IMG/VR virus record: IMGVR_UViG_3300025838_000023
Span: 1-64,000 of that record
DNA: 64,000 nucleotides
Direction: 5' to 3' (one strand)
Origin: a virus
Taxonomy: Duplodnaviria > Caudoviricetes
How positions within the stretch are numbered: position 1 is the first letter of the stretch; the number at the start of each line of letters is the position of its first letter. The notes beneath the pieces are model-generated. The model was not told where the DNA came from. It was given only the letters and a program-made list of their open reading frames with translations, and ran no database searches. Positions 40,785 through 52,399 of the stretch are shown here, piece after piece. A program made the position numbers and the translations under genes.

Positions 40785-41057
40785 TTATTTATCTGAAATT
40801 ATCGTTTTTTGAGAAGATAAATAGTGTTTTTTATTAAAAAAAGTGGCCCTGCATGAACAAGAACAAAATTCAATTTTGTTTGAATTACAATATGATTTAT
40901 ATGGAATTGCACCATTACATTCCATACACAATTTTGGAGTTTTTTCATACATAACTTGTTTCTTCGTTATATATTTTAGATTTAGATGAAATTTTAAATG
41001 ACTTGATAATCCACGTTTAGTAGAAAATTGTTTATTACACTTATTACACTTATACAT
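40785..41057 (-). CDS. C2H2 zinc-finger protein, possibly a truncated endonuclease
   Basis: CNKC..F...L..H...H; CMEC..FCSCSC. Confidence 0.55.
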   Translation of the reverse strand: MYKCNKCNKQFSTKRGLSSHLKFHLNLKYITKKQVMYEKTPKLCMECNGAIPYKSYCNSNKIEFCSCSCRATFFNKKHYLSSQKTIISDK

Positions 41058-41058
41058 A

Positions 41059-42471
41059 TTATATTATGAATAATTTGTTTCTAGGTCTACTACATGCGGT
41101 ATATAATATTTTCCTACGTTCTTCTTCATTTCCACTTGACCATATATCACTGGCAACCACAAAGGTATTAAGATAAGTTGAACCTTGCGCACGATGGGCA
41201 GTTATAGCATAGTTATATTTCACATGAGCAAACGTTTCTTTAATCTTATAAAATTTTTTCCATGCTCTTGATCTTTCTGAACCAGTTGGAAGATTTTTTG
41301 CATCGTTTGCCAATTTATCGCAAATGTTTTTAAACTTTTCTTCATCTTCTTGCAGCAACAATTTAATAGTTTCCATTCCACTATCACAAGAAACTATAGC
41401 ATCATAATATCGGATATTTTTACCTTCAATGTTCTTATAGGTTTCCGTTAATCTTCGAACTGTCATATCTTCGTTCGTATTAATGATTTTGCCTTTGCTT
41501 ATTTCAATTGCTTTATCAGCTATCAACTTTTCACCAACGATAATATTTTTCACATCATTACCAAACAAGAATTTACGGATGATAGTATTGAAGGTATTTA
41601 CAGTAACGTTTCTCCATGCCACGACTTTACAATAATCACAATCTTCTTCAAATTGTTTTCCAGTAAAATATTCTTTAAGTTTAGATTTTATGGTAGCAGT
41701 ATCTTCGATGAAATATACTCCATGACCATCCATATCTTCTTTTATAAATTCTTTTTTATCGATACTAGTAAATTCCCCATCCCGAATAGTTTTAGTTACT
41801 TTGATAATTGGATTTTCCGCAGATTGACGAATAATTTTTGTAAGACTGAATTTCTCTATTCCATATTGTTCCCGTTTTGCATCATCGAAAGGAATTGCAA
41901 TAACTTGATTAATAGGTGGAATTTGTTCTGAATCGCCAACGAAAATGATCTTGCTATTATTTACATTCTGTTTCATTATTTCTGCAAACATCGCATCATC
42001 AATCATCGAAGCTTCATCAATAATAATCAAATCAAATTCAACAAAGCGGGATTGGAAATATGGGTCTTTTTTGAATACTTGGCAACCATCATCATCAACA
42101 ACTGGACGCAACCCCAAGATACTATGAAGTGTTGCAAATTCTACACTTCTCGCAGCTTGGTTAGTCAATGACATCTTTTTAAGAACCTTTACTGCTTTAT
42201 GAGTAGGAGCAGTAACTACAACACTCATAAACATCTTCGCACCACTAAACCACTCAATGAATTTAGTGATTAATGTGGATTTTCCTGTCCCTGCGCTCCC
42301 CGAAACCAGAATTTGATTTCTCTCGGAATTCTTACAAAAATCTTTTAACTGATTGAATATTTCTGATTGTTCTTCAGATAAAACAATCTCTTTTGATTTA
42401 TTACTTGCATTATCTACAATATCCACCGTAGAACTAACTGGTGATTTGTATTTATTTTTTGATTTAGGCAT
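41059..42471 (-). CDS. dda: Dda/RecD-like SF1B helicase
   Basis: GSAGTGKS, APTHKA, IDEASM, GD..Q.PP, RQ...PI, YAITAHRAQGST, YTACSR. Confidence 0.9.
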   Translation of the reverse strand: MPKSKNKYKSPVSSTVDIVDNASNKSKEIVLSEEQSEIFNQLKDFCKNSERNQILVSGSAGTGKSTLITKFIEWFSGAKMFMSVVVTAPTHKAVKVLKKMSLTNQAARSVEFATLHSILGLRPVVDDDGCQVFKKDPYFQSRFVEFDLIIIDEASMIDDAMFAEIMKQNVNNSKIIFVGDSEQIPPINQVIAIPFDDAKREQYGIEKFSLTKIIRQSAENPIIKVTKTIRDGEFTSIDKKEFIKEDMDGHGVYFIEDTATIKSKLKEYFTGKQFEEDCDYCKVVAWRNVTVNTFNTIIRKFLFGNDVKNIIVGEKLIADKAIEISKGKIINTNEDMTVRRLTETYKNIEGKNIRYYDAIVSCDSGMETIKLLLQEDEEKFKNICDKLANDAKNLPTGSERSRAWKKFYKIKETFAHVKYNYAITAHRAQGSTYLNTFVVASDIWSSGNEEERRKILYTACSRPRNKLFII

Positions 42472-42511
42472 GATCAGTATAGTTTAACATAGAACCAAAA
42501 CATATCAAATC

Positions 42512-42751
42512 TTATATAGAATCTTCTTGGAATTTCATACCAATCAAATCTGCAAATCCTATTGTTCCTTCGTTATAATGGTAATGCGCAATTTGTCGAG
42601 TAGCTTTATTAACATTTTCTTGACCAACAGTTTCGTTTTCTAATAATGAACTAAATTGATTGCGAACTTTTTCTGCATCTTTATAACCAATATTGATAAC
42701 TTGTTCGCACATTCTACATCGGTACAATAATGTTGCTTTAGATTCGTTCAT
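42512..42751 (-). CDS. Hypothetical protein
   Basis: YRCRMC. Confidence 0.5.
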   Translation of the reverse strand: MNESKATLLYRCRMCEQVINIGYKDAEKVRNQFSSLLENETVGQENVNKATRQIAHYHYNEGTIGFADLIGMKFQEDSI

Positions 42752-42965
42752 CGTGCTCCTTATTATTTGGTTTATTATTGTATATTTGAATCATTTCCAA
42801 TGCTTTCATTTTATCTTCGTCCGTTGGTTGAGATTCTGATAACATGAAAACTCCTTGTGGAATTTCTTCACCATTAATATACGCATCCCGACATAAAAAC
42901 CACATATTAGCCGCGAATTCAATTTGTTCCTGTGTTTTGTTTTTTAAATAGTTTTTATTATTCAT
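42738..42965 (-). CDS. Hypothetical protein
   Basis: ORF, start MNNKN. Confidence 0.45.
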   Translation of the reverse strand: MNNKNYLKNKTQEQIEFAANMWFLCRDAYINGEEIPQGVFMLSESQPTDEDKMKALEMIQIYNNKPNNKEHDERI

Positions 42966-43312
42966 ACTGATTTTCCGACAACCACATAACCATTTTCCCA
43001 ACAAACAGTCCAAGGTTTTACTTTATTTTCGTTTTCTATATCCTTTAACATTTCAATCATCTTCAATGCTGATTCTAAACTATCAAACGATTTTCCGCCA
43101 TCAAAATCTCTCGAAAAATCTATTTGTTTTTTGTTTCCATTATATACAACAACTCCACTATAAGTTTCCCACAAATCATAGGAATACTTATATAAAAATC
43201 CCATAGGAACTTTCTTTTGTAACTGTTGTATTTTATAATAATTTTCGTTGGTTATAATACGAAAATCTCCTACTTTAGATTTCGGAACTTTATCAGAATG
43301 TATTTCAGGCAT
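42962..43312 (-). CDS. Hypothetical protein
   Basis: Start corrected to MPEIH, outside the IS. Confidence 0.5.
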   Translation of the reverse strand: MPEIHSDKVPKSKVGDFRIITNENYYKIQQLQKKVPMGFLYKYSYDLWETYSGVVVYNGNKKQIDFSRDFDGGKSFDSLESALKMIEMLKDIENENKVKPWTVCWENGYVVVGKSV

Positions 43313-43355
43313 ATGTTTTATGTGGAGGTATATGAGATATACAAACAATAGAAGT

Positions 43356-44729
43356 TTAGTAAAAAGTATAACAATTTACAGAACTTTTATATGATTTGAA
43401 CTTAAAACCCTTATATGGATCACATTCATCTAAGGAAACTCTATATCTCTCTTTAGAGTTTTTTATATTAGAACATGTAGATATCCATTTATATTCATTA
43501 GTCAGTGAATTCTCCGTTTCCTTCCAATGGTGTAAGAATTTTGACTTAATATTAAATAAAGGAAAATACATATCTTTATTTCTACCAATTTTATACTGAA
43601 ATCCTCTTCTAGCTATTTCAATTGCTGCATTTACACAATCATAACTATTATATTGTAAGTTACCTATATAAGAACTATAAGCAGCAGTTACTTCATATAT
43701 TTTAACTCCTAAACATGGAATGTTATTTTTTAATTGATTTATTATAAGATTTCTATCCCATTTATTGTTACATAATCTATTATAATTCTTTCCTTTCTTT
43801 TTATCATTCGATTCCATTTTAAGTTCTTCTAATATACAATATTGAACTTTAAAATGTTTACATAAAGATATAATAGATTTTGATATTTCTAGAGTTTCAT
43901 GTTTTAGTTTATTATTCTTATAAATTGATTTAGGATGTGATGATTTGAATCCAGAAGAATCCGTCAGGCCGTTTAATTTATACATTTGTTTATGTATTAC
44001 TTTAAACTCATCATTTTTGAAATCTATAATAGCCAATCCAACATAATTCGGGTTTAAATCGATACCTAATATTCTTCCTTGTTTGAGTTTAGGATTTAGA
44101 ATTGAATAAGATACGGTTTCTGGTTCGTGGGTTTCAATAACTTTTAATAATTCAGGTTTATCATATGTTAGATAAATATATTCAGCATCTAGTTTAATTC
44201 CATATGAAAATAACTTCTTAGAAGAATATTTTTGTATATTTTCTAAAGTTTTCTTTATATTCTTTTTTGGAGTTAATATTTCCAGATTAAATTTCTTCTT
44301 ATTTAGTTTGAACAAAAATGAAAGTGATTCTAGGTATATTTCTATATGTCGATTTCCATTAGTTGCTATATCTCCTTGGAATTGAATTGAACGTAATTTT
44401 TTATTTGAGTATTCTTCTTTTGATATTATATTTTTAGCTCTTTTAATAAAATTTGATTTGCCACCAAAGATACATAATTTATTCTTTTCTAATTCAATAT
44501 CTGATGAATACATTCCTTTAGCTTCTATTATTGCAGTATCTAATATTCTTGAGTTCAAATTTGATATATTATTTAAATAATTCACAAGAGGTTTGATTTC
44601 TTTAGTATCTAAATTATCATAAAATCTATTATAAGCAAATCGAATTACATTAGTATATTCATTTCTAATGAGTTTTAGGTAATCATAGAACTCTTTTGAT
44701 GCTGTATATTTAAATTTTAGAGTTATCAT
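43356..44729 (-). CDS. tnpB: TnpB-like RuvC nuclease without zinc finger
   Basis: RFAYNR, GIDLNP, ILEEL, AAYSSYIG, YDCVNAAIEIARR. Confidence 0.85.
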   Translation of the reverse strand: MITLKFKYTASKEFYDYLKLIRNEYTNVIRFAYNRFYDNLDTKEIKPLVNYLNNISNLNSRILDTAIIEAKGMYSSDIELEKNKLCIFGGKSNFIKRAKNIISKEEYSNKKLRSIQFQGDIATNGNRHIEIYLESLSFLFKLNKKKFNLEILTPKKNIKKTLENIQKYSSKKLFSYGIKLDAEYIYLTYDKPELLKVIETHEPETVSYSILNPKLKQGRILGIDLNPNYVGLAIIDFKNDEFKVIHKQMYKLNGLTDSSGFKSSHPKSIYKNNKLKHETLEISKSIISLCKHFKVQYCILEELKMESNDKKKGKNYNRLCNNKWDRNLIINQLKNNIPCLGVKIYEVTAAYSSYIGNLQYNSYDCVNAAIEIARRGFQYKIGRNKDMYFPLFNIKSKFLHHWKETENSLTNEYKWISTCSNIKNSKERYRVSLDECDPYKGFKFKSYKSSVNCYTFY

Positions 44730-45321
44730 TAGATATTTCTTTTTTTAGTTTATTTAATGTTCTTCTGTGAGAATACATTTTATCAGAGAAGCAATCTATA
44801 ATAGATATCAAGTCTTCTGTTAGTTCTTGTTCGTATGTTTTATTTTGTATAGTATCGTTTATTACTAATATTTTTGTTCCAAAGTATTTAAAAATTGATT
44901 CAAGGAGTTCGAATCCAAATCTGACTAATCTATCTTTATTTTCTATTATGATTAGTTCTACATTTCCTTTTATGGTTTCTTGTATTAGGTTATTGAATCC
45001 ATTTCTTTCGAAGTTCATTCCACTTTTGATATCTTCGAGTTGAGAATCTAGATGTATATTATTTAAAATACACCAATTATAAATTCTATTTGATTGTTCT
45101 TTTAGTTGGGATTTTCTATCATTGGAAGAGACTCTAGCGTATGATATATTGATCTTATTTTTCTTTTCTTTTTTTATCCCTATTAGTTTGTATACTGAGT
45201 TATCATCGTAGATGTAATGTTTATCATTGATTTTTGTGTATTTTATGTTACCATTTTTTACGTAATTATATAGAGTTTGTCTAGTTACGTTTAACAGTTT
45301 CATTACTTCTTTTGATTTCAT
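44710..45321 (-). CDS. tnpA: IS607 serine recombinase transposase
   Basis: N-terminal MerR-like HTH; YARVSS, DIKSG, KDRLVRFG, EL.EDL.SII..FS. Confidence 0.93.
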   Translation of the reverse strand: MKSKEVMKLLNVTRQTLYNYVKNGNIKYTKINDKHYIYDDNSVYKLIGIKKEKKNKINISYARVSSNDRKSQLKEQSNRIYNWCILNNIHLDSQLEDIKSGMNFERNGFNNLIQETIKGNVELIIIENKDRLVRFGFELLESIFKYFGTKILVINDTIQNKTYEQELTEDLISIIDCFSDKMYSHRRTLNKLKKEISNDNSKI

Positions 45322-45431
45322 TCTAATTATATTTAACCATTTTTGTATAAAAAACTTGATTTGTTTTTATTTTATTTTATAAATTTATGGAAAATATGTT
45401 GACATTTCTATCATATGCCTCCATAATCTAA

Positions 45432-46850
45432 TTAGAGTTCTGCGTTTTTCCGAACTTCATCAAAAGTGTATGTTTTCAACATCATACCATTTTCAAAAAC
45501 AGTAACCAATTGACTTTCTCTATCTCCTAAATCCTTTTCTGGAATAGTTTGGTATTTTCCGTTTTCATCTTTAATAAGTTCCAATCTTCCCTTTTTCGAC
45601 ATCTTACCTTTATCATCAACAGGGTCTTTATATACTTCCACCCATTCATCTCCAAGCTTTGCAGCAGAACACTTAAATGCAAACTTTTGATCATCTCTCG
45701 AATGTCCCTGCAATAATTGGCCCCCCATTCCGAAGATAATACAATCAGTCGAATATCCATTATTAGTTACACAGTCAAGAATATATTTGATAGTTTCATG
45801 GCATAATCCATCACCATAGATCACTCCTATCTTTGGATTTAACACTTTATACCCTTTACTATTTATGGTATGTCCAAAGTATTTATCCAATTCTCGAATA
45901 ACACGAATGGAGGTTTCAACAGGATCACCACTATCAGGACGAACTACAAACTTTGCAAATCCTGTTTTTTGTCCACGATTAAGAATAGGCAATTTTAATT
46001 CTGTACCAAAAAATTCAATAGCCTTCCAAATATTATAACTATCAGATACAACACTTAATATTCCTTCTGGATATTCCTCAACAAATCTACGATATGCATC
46101 AAATTCGTGCTCTCTACCATAGATGCAAGTCGTTGAATGTTCTGTAGCCGCTACCGAATGTCCAACTCCCTTATCTGCACCATAATATCTTCGTGCATAT
46201 ACAATACCTTGAAGTGTATCAGTTCCTTTGAAATTTACTAGATGTGCGCTACCACCAATTCCAGCACTTTCCACACTAGAAACCCCACGGAATCCAAAAC
46301 AATTCAAATGAAAAGGAGAAACACCAGTATCACTACTAAACTTTGCGTATTGCCCTATGGTTTTTTTAATTTGATAACTTGTCGAACAAACCGAAATCGG
46401 GTACCATATTTCGTGTAAGACCGTTTCAGACCAATTGGTAAGCCATGCCAATTCTTCATCAGTAGATTCTACAATCACTAAAACATTCCGAGTTCCAACT
46501 ACTGATCCTTCTCTTACTGCACGAATTTTTATAGGCAATTTACCACCATGAACTTCAAGAATTCTTTCCCAACCTTTACGATTGAAATATTCATGAGTAA
46601 AAAATACATCACCCAAAATATCATCAGCATCATCAAGCATCCAAGGCTCGACAACAACACCAGAGAAATATTTCTCTAATACCATTTGTAGTCCGAAAAA
46701 TACCGTTTCGTCATATTTTCCTCCCCTACTTTCCAAATAACTATAAATTACTTTAGTGTTTTTTGGATATTGCAACCAATGTGTTTCCTTATAAGCATCT
46801 GCCAAAAGGATCGTGTTTTCTGTTCGTCTTGTCATATTATCTTTTATCAT
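45432..46850 (-). CDS. nadV: Nicotinamide phosphoribosyltransferase (NAMPT)
   Basis: DAYK..H..QYP, FGLQ, FGFRG, AHLVNF.GTD, ATEHS, SVVSDSY, RPDSGD, GDG, FGMGG. Confidence 0.93.
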   Translation of the reverse strand: MIKDNMTRRTENTILLADAYKETHWLQYPKNTKVIYSYLESRGGKYDETVFFGLQMVLEKYFSGVVVEPWMLDDADDILGDVFFTHEYFNRKGWERILEVHGGKLPIKIRAVREGSVVGTRNVLVIVESTDEELAWLTNWSETVLHEIWYPISVCSTSYQIKKTIGQYAKFSSDTGVSPFHLNCFGFRGVSSVESAGIGGSAHLVNFKGTDTLQGIVYARRYYGADKGVGHSVAATEHSTTCIYGREHEFDAYRRFVEEYPEGILSVVSDSYNIWKAIEFFGTELKLPILNRGQKTGFAKFVVRPDSGDPVETSIRVIRELDKYFGHTINSKGYKVLNPKIGVIYGDGLCHETIKYILDCVTNNGYSTDCIIFGMGGQLLQGHSRDDQKFAFKCSAAKLGDEWVEVYKDPVDDKGKMSKKGRLELIKDENGKYQTIPEKDLGDRESQLVTVFENGMMLKTYTFDEVRKNAEL

Positions 46851-46878
46851 ATGTTTTATTTTTGTTTTGTGTTTTAGC

Positions 46879-46897
46879 GACCTATCTTTATCAGGTC
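46879..46897 (-). promoter_or_regulatory. Leader hairpin upstream of nadV
   Basis: GACCT-GATAAAGAT-AGGTC; near-identical copy at 47869-47886. Confidence 0.6.
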
Positions 46898-46950
46898 AAA
46901 ATCTTAATTTTTAATATTATATCAAATTTCTAACTGTTTGTAAGTTTTAT

Positions 46951-47862
46951 TTAGATGATTCCCTTTTCCATCATCATTTCAATAAGAGGGTGATGAACAT
47001 TTTCAATAATGTTCTTATAATCCTTTTTTATATCAGCAGTTTTAATCCATTTCACAAAAGCTACATCATCCCCACCTTCAGGTCTTCCATAGATGTATTT
47101 TGTTTGAAATAATGCAGTTTTTACTTTATCCATTTCATTTCGATATCTAAAGTCATTGGTAAGCAAACTACCCACATATTGAATATCACCAACTTCAACA
47201 TTAGCTTCTTCCATTGCTTCTTTCGCAACATCAAATTCCAAGCTAGTAGAAGTTGGCTCCGAAAAACCGCCTACGAACCTCCAGTTTCTTTCTTGGGGTT
47301 TCTGTGCCATAAGCATTTCTGTTTTATCCTCGTTAAAGATAATAACATCTACAGCTTGATATGCAGTAGGATACCGACTTCCAGTTGCAGCAATCAATCC
47401 TGCTCTATAATCTTTTGTGGGAGGATAGTTATTAATTACTTGTCTACGAACTTCAGAACCAGAAACAAACAATTCAGGTTCCAATTCGCAAGTGGTATAA
47501 CTTCCTTTGTAATATGGCAAAAATGAATCACGACTACCATACAAAGTTACTGTTTGCATTGGCTGCGTCCATTTCTTAATTTGAGAATCGAGATTTTTAC
47601 TCCACAATTCATCACTTGGAACATCCTCAATATAGTATATATCAAGTGAAGGAAATGTTTCGAGAATCATTGCTTTCCTCGAACGAAAATCCAAAGGGTT
47701 GTTATAAGTATTACGCAATGGACTCAATCCTAGAAATAGGATAATCTTTTCATGCCTATCTAGAACTGTTTGTATCAAATCTCTATGGGCTAAATGTAAT
47801 TCATGCACCATAAATCTACCAACAATTACACCAACATCAGTTTTATTAATTTTTTCTTTCAT
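46951..47862 (-). CDS. nadM: Bifunctional NMN adenylyltransferase / ADP-ribose pyrophosphatase (NadM-Nudix)
   Basis: IVGRF..LHLAH, NPL, SGSEVR; Nudix GGF......E....E..EE. Confidence 0.9.
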   Translation of the reverse strand: MKEKINKTDVGVIVGRFMVHELHLAHRDLIQTVLDRHEKIILFLGLSPLRNTYNNPLDFRSRKAMILETFPSLDIYYIEDVPSDELWSKNLDSQIKKWTQPMQTVTLYGSRDSFLPYYKGSYTTCELEPELFVSGSEVRRQVINNYPPTKDYRAGLIAATGSRYPTAYQAVDVIIFNEDKTEMLMAQKPQERNWRFVGGFSEPTSTSLEFDVAKEAMEEANVEVGDIQYVGSLLTNDFRYRNEMDKVKTALFQTKYIYGRPEGGDDVAFVKWIKTADIKKDYKNIIENVHHPLIEMMMEKGII

Positions 47863-47868
47863 AATTTT

Positions 47869-47886
47869 ACCTTATCTTTATCAGGT
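47869..47886 (-). promoter_or_regulatory. Leader hairpin upstream of nadM-Nudix
   Basis: ACCT-GATAAAGATA-AGGT ending 6 nt before the ATG. Confidence 0.6.
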
Positions 47887-48034
47887 TTGTTATATTTTTT
47901 GCAACAACTTCCATCTATATCGGTTATTGTTACGTTTTTATTTATCCTGTTTTTATCAACTTTCAACATCTTATCAGAAAAAAATTTTTAAGTCAACAAA
48001 AATATATTCCACTGAAAGTTTGCAAAAAGACAAA

Positions 48035-48838
48035 CTATTTTTTATAATTTTTGAACTTTTGCAAAATTGGGAATCCTAAGTTCAAACCACCAAACATAAG
48101 CAAGGCGATAGTAACGTTTGGTTCAGGAGTTTGTGCAATATAAGATTCTTGAGTTCCATTAATCGTTTCAAAAATAACACCAGGCAACGTTCCATCAGTA
48201 TTAACATTGTATGCCTCTACTCTAGAAGTGAAATTATCCGCTTCAAATCCAGTAGCAAGTGAATTTTTTATAACAATAGATTTCCATGATGTATCCGTAG
48301 TTCCGAAAAAATTAATAAAGGCAAATGGTTCTCCCGCATCTTTTCCTTCATTATATCCAGAATTCGGATTACCATAATAACTTTTTGGAAGGGTTTTAAG
48401 TAGGTTTGTTGTTGTGAATTGTGCTACCAAATTTCCTGTTCCATTCGCTCCACTATAGAAATCTAAAACATTTTCTTTATCTCCTGCTGACCACCAAAAT
48501 CCAAAATACGAACTTGGGGTATTCAAAGTTAAAGTAGATTTTGTATTCACATCAACACCAACTACCATGTAATTTGTATTATTTGCTCCACCATAAGGTC
48601 CAGCACTAACAATATTCAGATTATCAAAGGTTCCTACTCCTGCCCATGTTAAAGCTGTATCGTTTGTTGAAGTATGATAACCAGTAGCAATATTATCAAA
48701 AGTTAAAACAGACGAATTGACAATACTGGATGTTTCTGATCCAGCCTTTTCTGCATAAGTGACAATAACAGTAGCTTTTGCTGAAATTGTCAATATCGCA
48801 AATAATCCTATAATCAAAGTAATAATTCTATTTCTCAT
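48035..48838 (-). CDS. PEP-CTERM (exosortase-sorted) surface protein, Npun_F0296-like
   Basis: Signal peptide; YFGFWWSAGD..N.L.FY, F..DN; TPEP plus hydrophobic helix plus basic tail. Confidence 0.75.
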   Translation of the reverse strand: MRNRIITLIIGLFAILTISAKATVIVTYAEKAGSETSSIVNSSVLTFDNIATGYHTSTNDTALTWAGVGTFDNLNIVSAGPYGGANNTNYMVVGVDVNTKSTLTLNTPSSYFGFWWSAGDKENVLDFYSGANGTGNLVAQFTTTNLLKTLPKSYYGNPNSGYNEGKDAGEPFAFINFFGTTDTSWKSIVIKNSLATGFEADNFTSRVEAYNVNTDGTLPGVIFETINGTQESYIAQTPEPNVTIALLMFGGLNLGFPILQKFKNYKK

Positions 48839-48883
48839 ATGTAATATTTATCATATTATCACACTTTTAAAATACGTCAATAA

Positions 48884-48918
48884 AAAACTCCATTATGCTA
48901 AAAACATAATGGAGTTTT
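48884..48918 (-). terminator. Intrinsic terminator after groEL
   Basis: aaaactccattatg / cataatggagtttt. Confidence 0.85.
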
Positions 48919-48937
48919 ATCTATATATCAGTTGCTA

Positions 48938-50566
<1,629 letters not shown>

Positions 50567-50617
50567 ATTTGTATTTGTTTATATTTTAACGTATATTACT
50601 TTAAAATCAAATTATTT

Positions 50618-51262
50618 TTAAATATTATTGTTGAAGAAAAATAAAATTTCATCATCTTTATGTTTAGTATCAGTATATGTGTCGTTTATTTTTCCGAATA
50701 AATGTTTAAATGCGTTCTTAAAAAGTTCTATCTTTTTCGTTTCGCCTTTTCTAACCACAAAAAACACAACATCTGGTGAAATATTTCCATTATTATACAT
50801 ACTATCAACAATGGCTCTCCTTACTCCACTTATAACAGAAAATGCATAATTTCCAACATTATTTGTAGTATGCACATTTTCATATTCATCTATAAAATTA
50901 ATATTCATTATAGGATATTTTGTATTATCTATTGCACTTTTTAACTCTAGTATTTTCGATTTATCATTTAAATTTGAAACCAAAGCACTTAATACCCATC
51001 CTTCAACCATATCCTTTGATTTGTAATTTATAAATACTCTATAGTTTAATCCATTTGTAGTTGTTACTTTATATTCATCTGATTTTTTTGAAGATGATAT
51101 TTTTTCAAAAGATTCATATAATGGAGAATAATTTTGTTCACAGAAGAAATAATACTTCCAAAATTCACTCCAATTAAAATTTTCTACATTCTCACATAGA
51201 AGATAGTCCGTTGATTTTGCTTTAGATTGCTCGTATATTATTTCCAATTCTTTATATTTCAT
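50618..51262 (-). CDS. Paralog family A protein
   Basis: ENFNW.EFW.YYFFCEQNYSPLYE; closest to 21307. Confidence 0.7.
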   Translation of the reverse strand: MKYKELEIIYEQSKAKSTDYLLCENVENFNWSEFWKYYFFCEQNYSPLYESFEKISSSKKSDEYKVTTTNGLNYRVFINYKSKDMVEGWVLSALVSNLNDKSKILELKSAIDNTKYPIMNINFIDEYENVHTTNNVGNYAFSVISGVRRAIVDSMYNNGNISPDVVFFVVRKGETKKIELFKNAFKHLFGKINDTYTDTKHKDDEILFFFNNNI

Positions 51263-51270
51263 AACTCTTC

Positions 51271-51978
51271 TTATAATAATCGCAAATTCTTCGGTGGAAT
51301 ATTTTTAGTTGTGAATACGCCAAAAATCCCCCGTTCCAGTAATATCGTAGTATCATCAAGATAATAAGTATCATCAGGAACATAATCAGTAACTAAAACA
51401 TTCATATGTTTTGGATCAATTTCTTTATCTCTTGCTAAAACATTGCGCATAGAAGATAAAATTACTGAAGTTTGTATTTGTGTTTTCTTAGGAATCCATA
51501 TCAAATAAATTCTGTTATCAGGATGATCAAATATTGTCTGCGAACTTTTTGGCGTTAATCCTATTTTAGAAATCTTATCAATGAATTTATCTCTGGTAAT
51601 ATGATATAATTTCATATCTCCTATATTTTCTATAATCGAATTCATTTTAACTGGATATTTAGGCTCCAATTGCAATTGCTTTTCGCTTATATATGCTAAT
51701 GAATTGGTATATCCATATAATGACAATATACAATCTAGTTTTTTCGTTTCTTCTGACGATAAAGGAGAGATAAGTTCAATATTTACCGTGAATATTTTGC
51801 CATATTTTGTGCTGGTTAGTTCATTGGGTAGAATAGGATAATCAATATTTAATATTTTAGTTTTTAATATCCTTTTTACATTGTCTACTAATTTAGAAGT
51901 ATCCCAAGAAGCAATTAAACCTTCAGATATGAACTTTGTATTTAACTCTTCTTTTAGATATGTTTTAAACGTTTTCAT
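51271..51978 (-). CDS. ADP-ribosyltransferase-fold protein, family B, with T4-like capsid-targeting leader
   Basis: MKTFKTYLKE; ISEGLIASW; LYHIT..KI..IGLTPK, HP.NRIYL, YLD. Confidence 0.62.
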   Translation of the reverse strand: MKTFKTYLKEELNTKFISEGLIASWDTSKLVDNVKRILKTKILNIDYPILPNELTSTKYGKIFTVNIELISPLSSEETKKLDCILSLYGYTNSLAYISEKQLQLEPKYPVKMNSIIENIGDMKLYHITRDKFIDKISKIGLTPKSSQTIFDHPDNRIYLIWIPKKTQIQTSVILSSMRNVLARDKEIDPKHMNVLVTDYVPDDTYYLDDTTILLERGIFGVFTTKNIPPKNLRLL

Positions 51979-52009
51979 TATCTATATTATATCCTTAAAT
52001 TACAAAACA

Positions 52010-52396
52010 TCAAGAAATTTCCGCAAGCCATTCAAATTTGTCCTCTTTCACTGAGGGATGATTTGGGGATATTTTGCGAATTATTTCTTTAACTTTCTCG
52101 ATAATAACATCACCATGACATTTTTTAGGATAGCACCAACAAAGCAATCGAATTCTCTCACCATTCACCACTCGTAATGCAAGTTCTTCAGTGGCTTGTA
52201 ATCGCTCCACGTTGTCACTGTAGGCGTTTTTATATGCTTCTATTACTCTGATGCGTTCTGCCTTAGTTTTATCAGTGGTGCGGAAAGGATTACCAAAAAT
52301 AGGATTAGTTCTATCAATATAAATTACAGTTTCTCCTATTTCAGGCTTTGATAAACTATTTTCTCTTTGATTTCCTAATTTGATATAACCTTCCAT
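52010..52396 (-). CDS. DUF4326-domain protein
   Basis: YIDR...FGNPF...LLCWCYP..CHGDVI. Confidence 0.8.
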   Translation of the reverse strand: MEGYIKLGNQRENSLSKPEIGETVIYIDRTNPIFGNPFRTTDKTKAERIRVIEAYKNAYSDNVERLQATEELALRVVNGERIRLLCWCYPKKCHGDVIIEKVKEIIRKISPNHPSVKEDKFEWLAEIS

Positions 52397-52399
52397 ATT

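Larger units (their letters stand above)
43338..45408 (-). mobile_element. Complete IS607-family element (tnpA serine recombinase plus tnpB)
   Basis: Overlapping tnpA/tnpB; ATA at both junctions; flanks rejoin as a hairpin; exact ends inferred. Confidence 0.85.

Noticed and set aside
43323-45423. Terminal inverted repeats of the IS
   Set aside because: IS607 elements lack TIRs; the arms fit better as a pre-existing hairpin
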